Part shown: piece after piece, positions 63,170 to 64,000 of the stretch | Layout: the number at the start of each line of letters is the position of its first letter | Position numbering within the stretch: the stretch's first letter is position 1 | Position numbers and translations under genes: made by a program | The notes under the pieces: generated by a model | What the model was told of the DNA's origin: nothing | The model's input: the letters and a program-made list of their open reading frames with translations, nothing else | Databases searched by the model: none | NCBI GenBank assembly: GCA_045613985.1 | Contig: JAZLCA010000036.1 | Coordinates: 50,023-114,022, forward strand | Source of the DNA: Eubacteriales bacterium | GTDB lineage: Bacteria; Bacillota; Clostridia; Oscillospirales; CAG-272 | Direction of reading: 5' to 3' | DNA: 64,000 nt

Positions 63170-64000
63170 AGCATTCGCCGGCAACGTGCTTTTCCGCTTT
63201 GTGCATAAACTGAAAGCCCATCAGAATCTCGCCCATCGTCCAACCCGTTTCAATACAACAGGGGGCCCAACCCACGTCGTGCGGCACGCCGTAGCTCTCC
63301 CAGCGCTCCATATCAAACGCACGTGTCCATGCACCGTCGAGATTTGGATCCTCGCTGTGTATCTGGCAGGAAACAAGGAAGGAGGCAATGTCCGCCCACG
63401 CATCATAAAACCTCCGCTCGCCCGTCGCGAGGTAGGCGTAGGCAAAACCAAGCGGCAGCCAGTTGTTGGAATACAACAGATCGCACACGGGATCGCCGTT
63501 GTCAGCCAAGAGAGCGCACTCGCCGGTATGATTGCGCGAGCAGGCGGCGGTATAGCCCGTATCCCATTCGGCATATCCTCCCGATGCATGACGGAATCTG
63601 GCCAGATCGTCACTCACGCGGCAAAGCCACGCGTAATGCAAGGGATCTTTGGTGATCTCATACAGAACAGCCAGGGGCAAAATCAGACGGCAACACTCCT
63701 CCGTCTCGCTCGTTTCGCGGTGTATGTCAGGATACCGCGCCATGAGCGAAGCAAGGCCTTTTTGTGCCGCATCGAAGAATTTTTCCGACGCACCCGCGCG
63801 ATAAGCCAAAAGCAGTGCGGCGTGATAGTAGGCGTTGTAGTGCGCCGAGGGAATACCCGAGCCCGAATTTCGCAGGCGGGCGCACTCGGTTTCATTCAAC
63901 TGACAAATATCGGTACGAAAGGCACGAAGACCGTCCTCATCCGTCGTTTGAAGCATATATTCCAGGGCGTCTGTCGCCTCCCGGAAATGAGGGGCGGAAC
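63168..64000 (-). CDS. Hypothetical protein, 5'-partial (frame stays open to the window edge); possibly an alpha/alpha-toroid glycoside-hydrolase-like fold
   Basis: Trp/Tyr-rich helical sequence (YAEWDTGY, NNWLPLGFAYAYLATGE, WAPCCIETGWTMGE). No stop between the annotated ATG 63956 and position 64000. Confidence 0.45.
   Translation of the reverse strand, partial: SAPHFREATDALEYMLQTTDEDGLRAFRTDICQLNETECARLRNSGSGIPSAHYNAYYHAALLLAYRAGASEKFFDAAQKGLASLMARYPDIHRETSETEECCRLILPLAVLYEITKDPLHYAWLCRVSDDLARFRHASGGYAEWDTGYTAACSRNHTGECALLADNGDPVCDLLYSNNWLPLGFAYAYLATGERRFYDAWADIASFLVSCQIHSEDPNLDGAWTRAFDMERWESYGVPHDVGWAPCCIETGWTMGEILMGFQFMHKAEKHVAGEC

Noticed and set aside
1-64000. Prophage, integrative element, transposon or defence island
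   Set aside because: No integrase, transposase, recombinase, terminal inverted repeats, tRNA attachment site, restriction-modification or known defence-gene motifs were seen. Composition appears uniform by eye across the window apart from the normal AT-rich intergenic gaps.

Overview
GC-rich chromosomal segment with Gram-positive (Clostridia-like) signals: GGAGG-type ribosome-binding sites (RBS), lipoprotein signal peptides, sigma-A promoters. I call 43 protein-coding genes, 39 on the minus strand. I found no rRNA, tRNA, CRISPR array, transposase, integrase or phage gene. Coding strand and start codons were assigned from catalytic motifs, signal peptides, RBS spacing, 14 near-consensus promoters (TTGACA-17-TATAAT type) and about 10 intrinsic terminators. 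The many very long opposite-strand ORFs in the track are shadow ORFs, and several track starts were trimmed because they fall inside promoters. Ordinary metabolism at the flanks: a kinase-fold phosphotransferase, an SDR, pflB-pflA, a cysteine-desulfidase-like gene plus ansA, LMW-PTP, a PlsC-like acyltransferase, an M28 peptidase, an esterase, a GH-D glycosidase and a HAD hydrolase. The centre (11-52 kb) is a cell-envelope super-cluster with three parts. (i) A MoxR-DUF58-vWA-vWA (Bat-like) operon has an uncharacterised head membrane gene and a tightly abutting lipoprotein gene. It is followed by 1759-aa and 451-aa lipoproteins with His/Cys mini-repeats and tandem modules, including three near-identical 309-bp repeats. 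(ii) A 16-kb operon encodes a 2439-aa S8 cell-envelope proteinase with an LRR array, a lipoprotein, an oversized family-5 binding protein and OppBCDF. (iii) A CXXC membrane protein sits next to a NapH-like polyferredoxin fused to an extracytoplasmic thioredoxin domain. These converge on three paralogous lipoproteins, one with its own thioredoxin domain. Best candidates for undescribed systems: (a) the NapH-like::TlpA fusion pair; (b) a two-gene operon of a radical SAM SPASM/twitch-like enzyme and a membrane protein with a cytoplasmic (Cys-Ala)5 tail; (c) tandem Cys4-anchored membrane paralogs co-transcribed with an orphan activase-type radical SAM gene; (d) the Bat-like operon wired to the lipoprotein family. 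All calls come from reading the sequence and translations. No database search or structure prediction was run.
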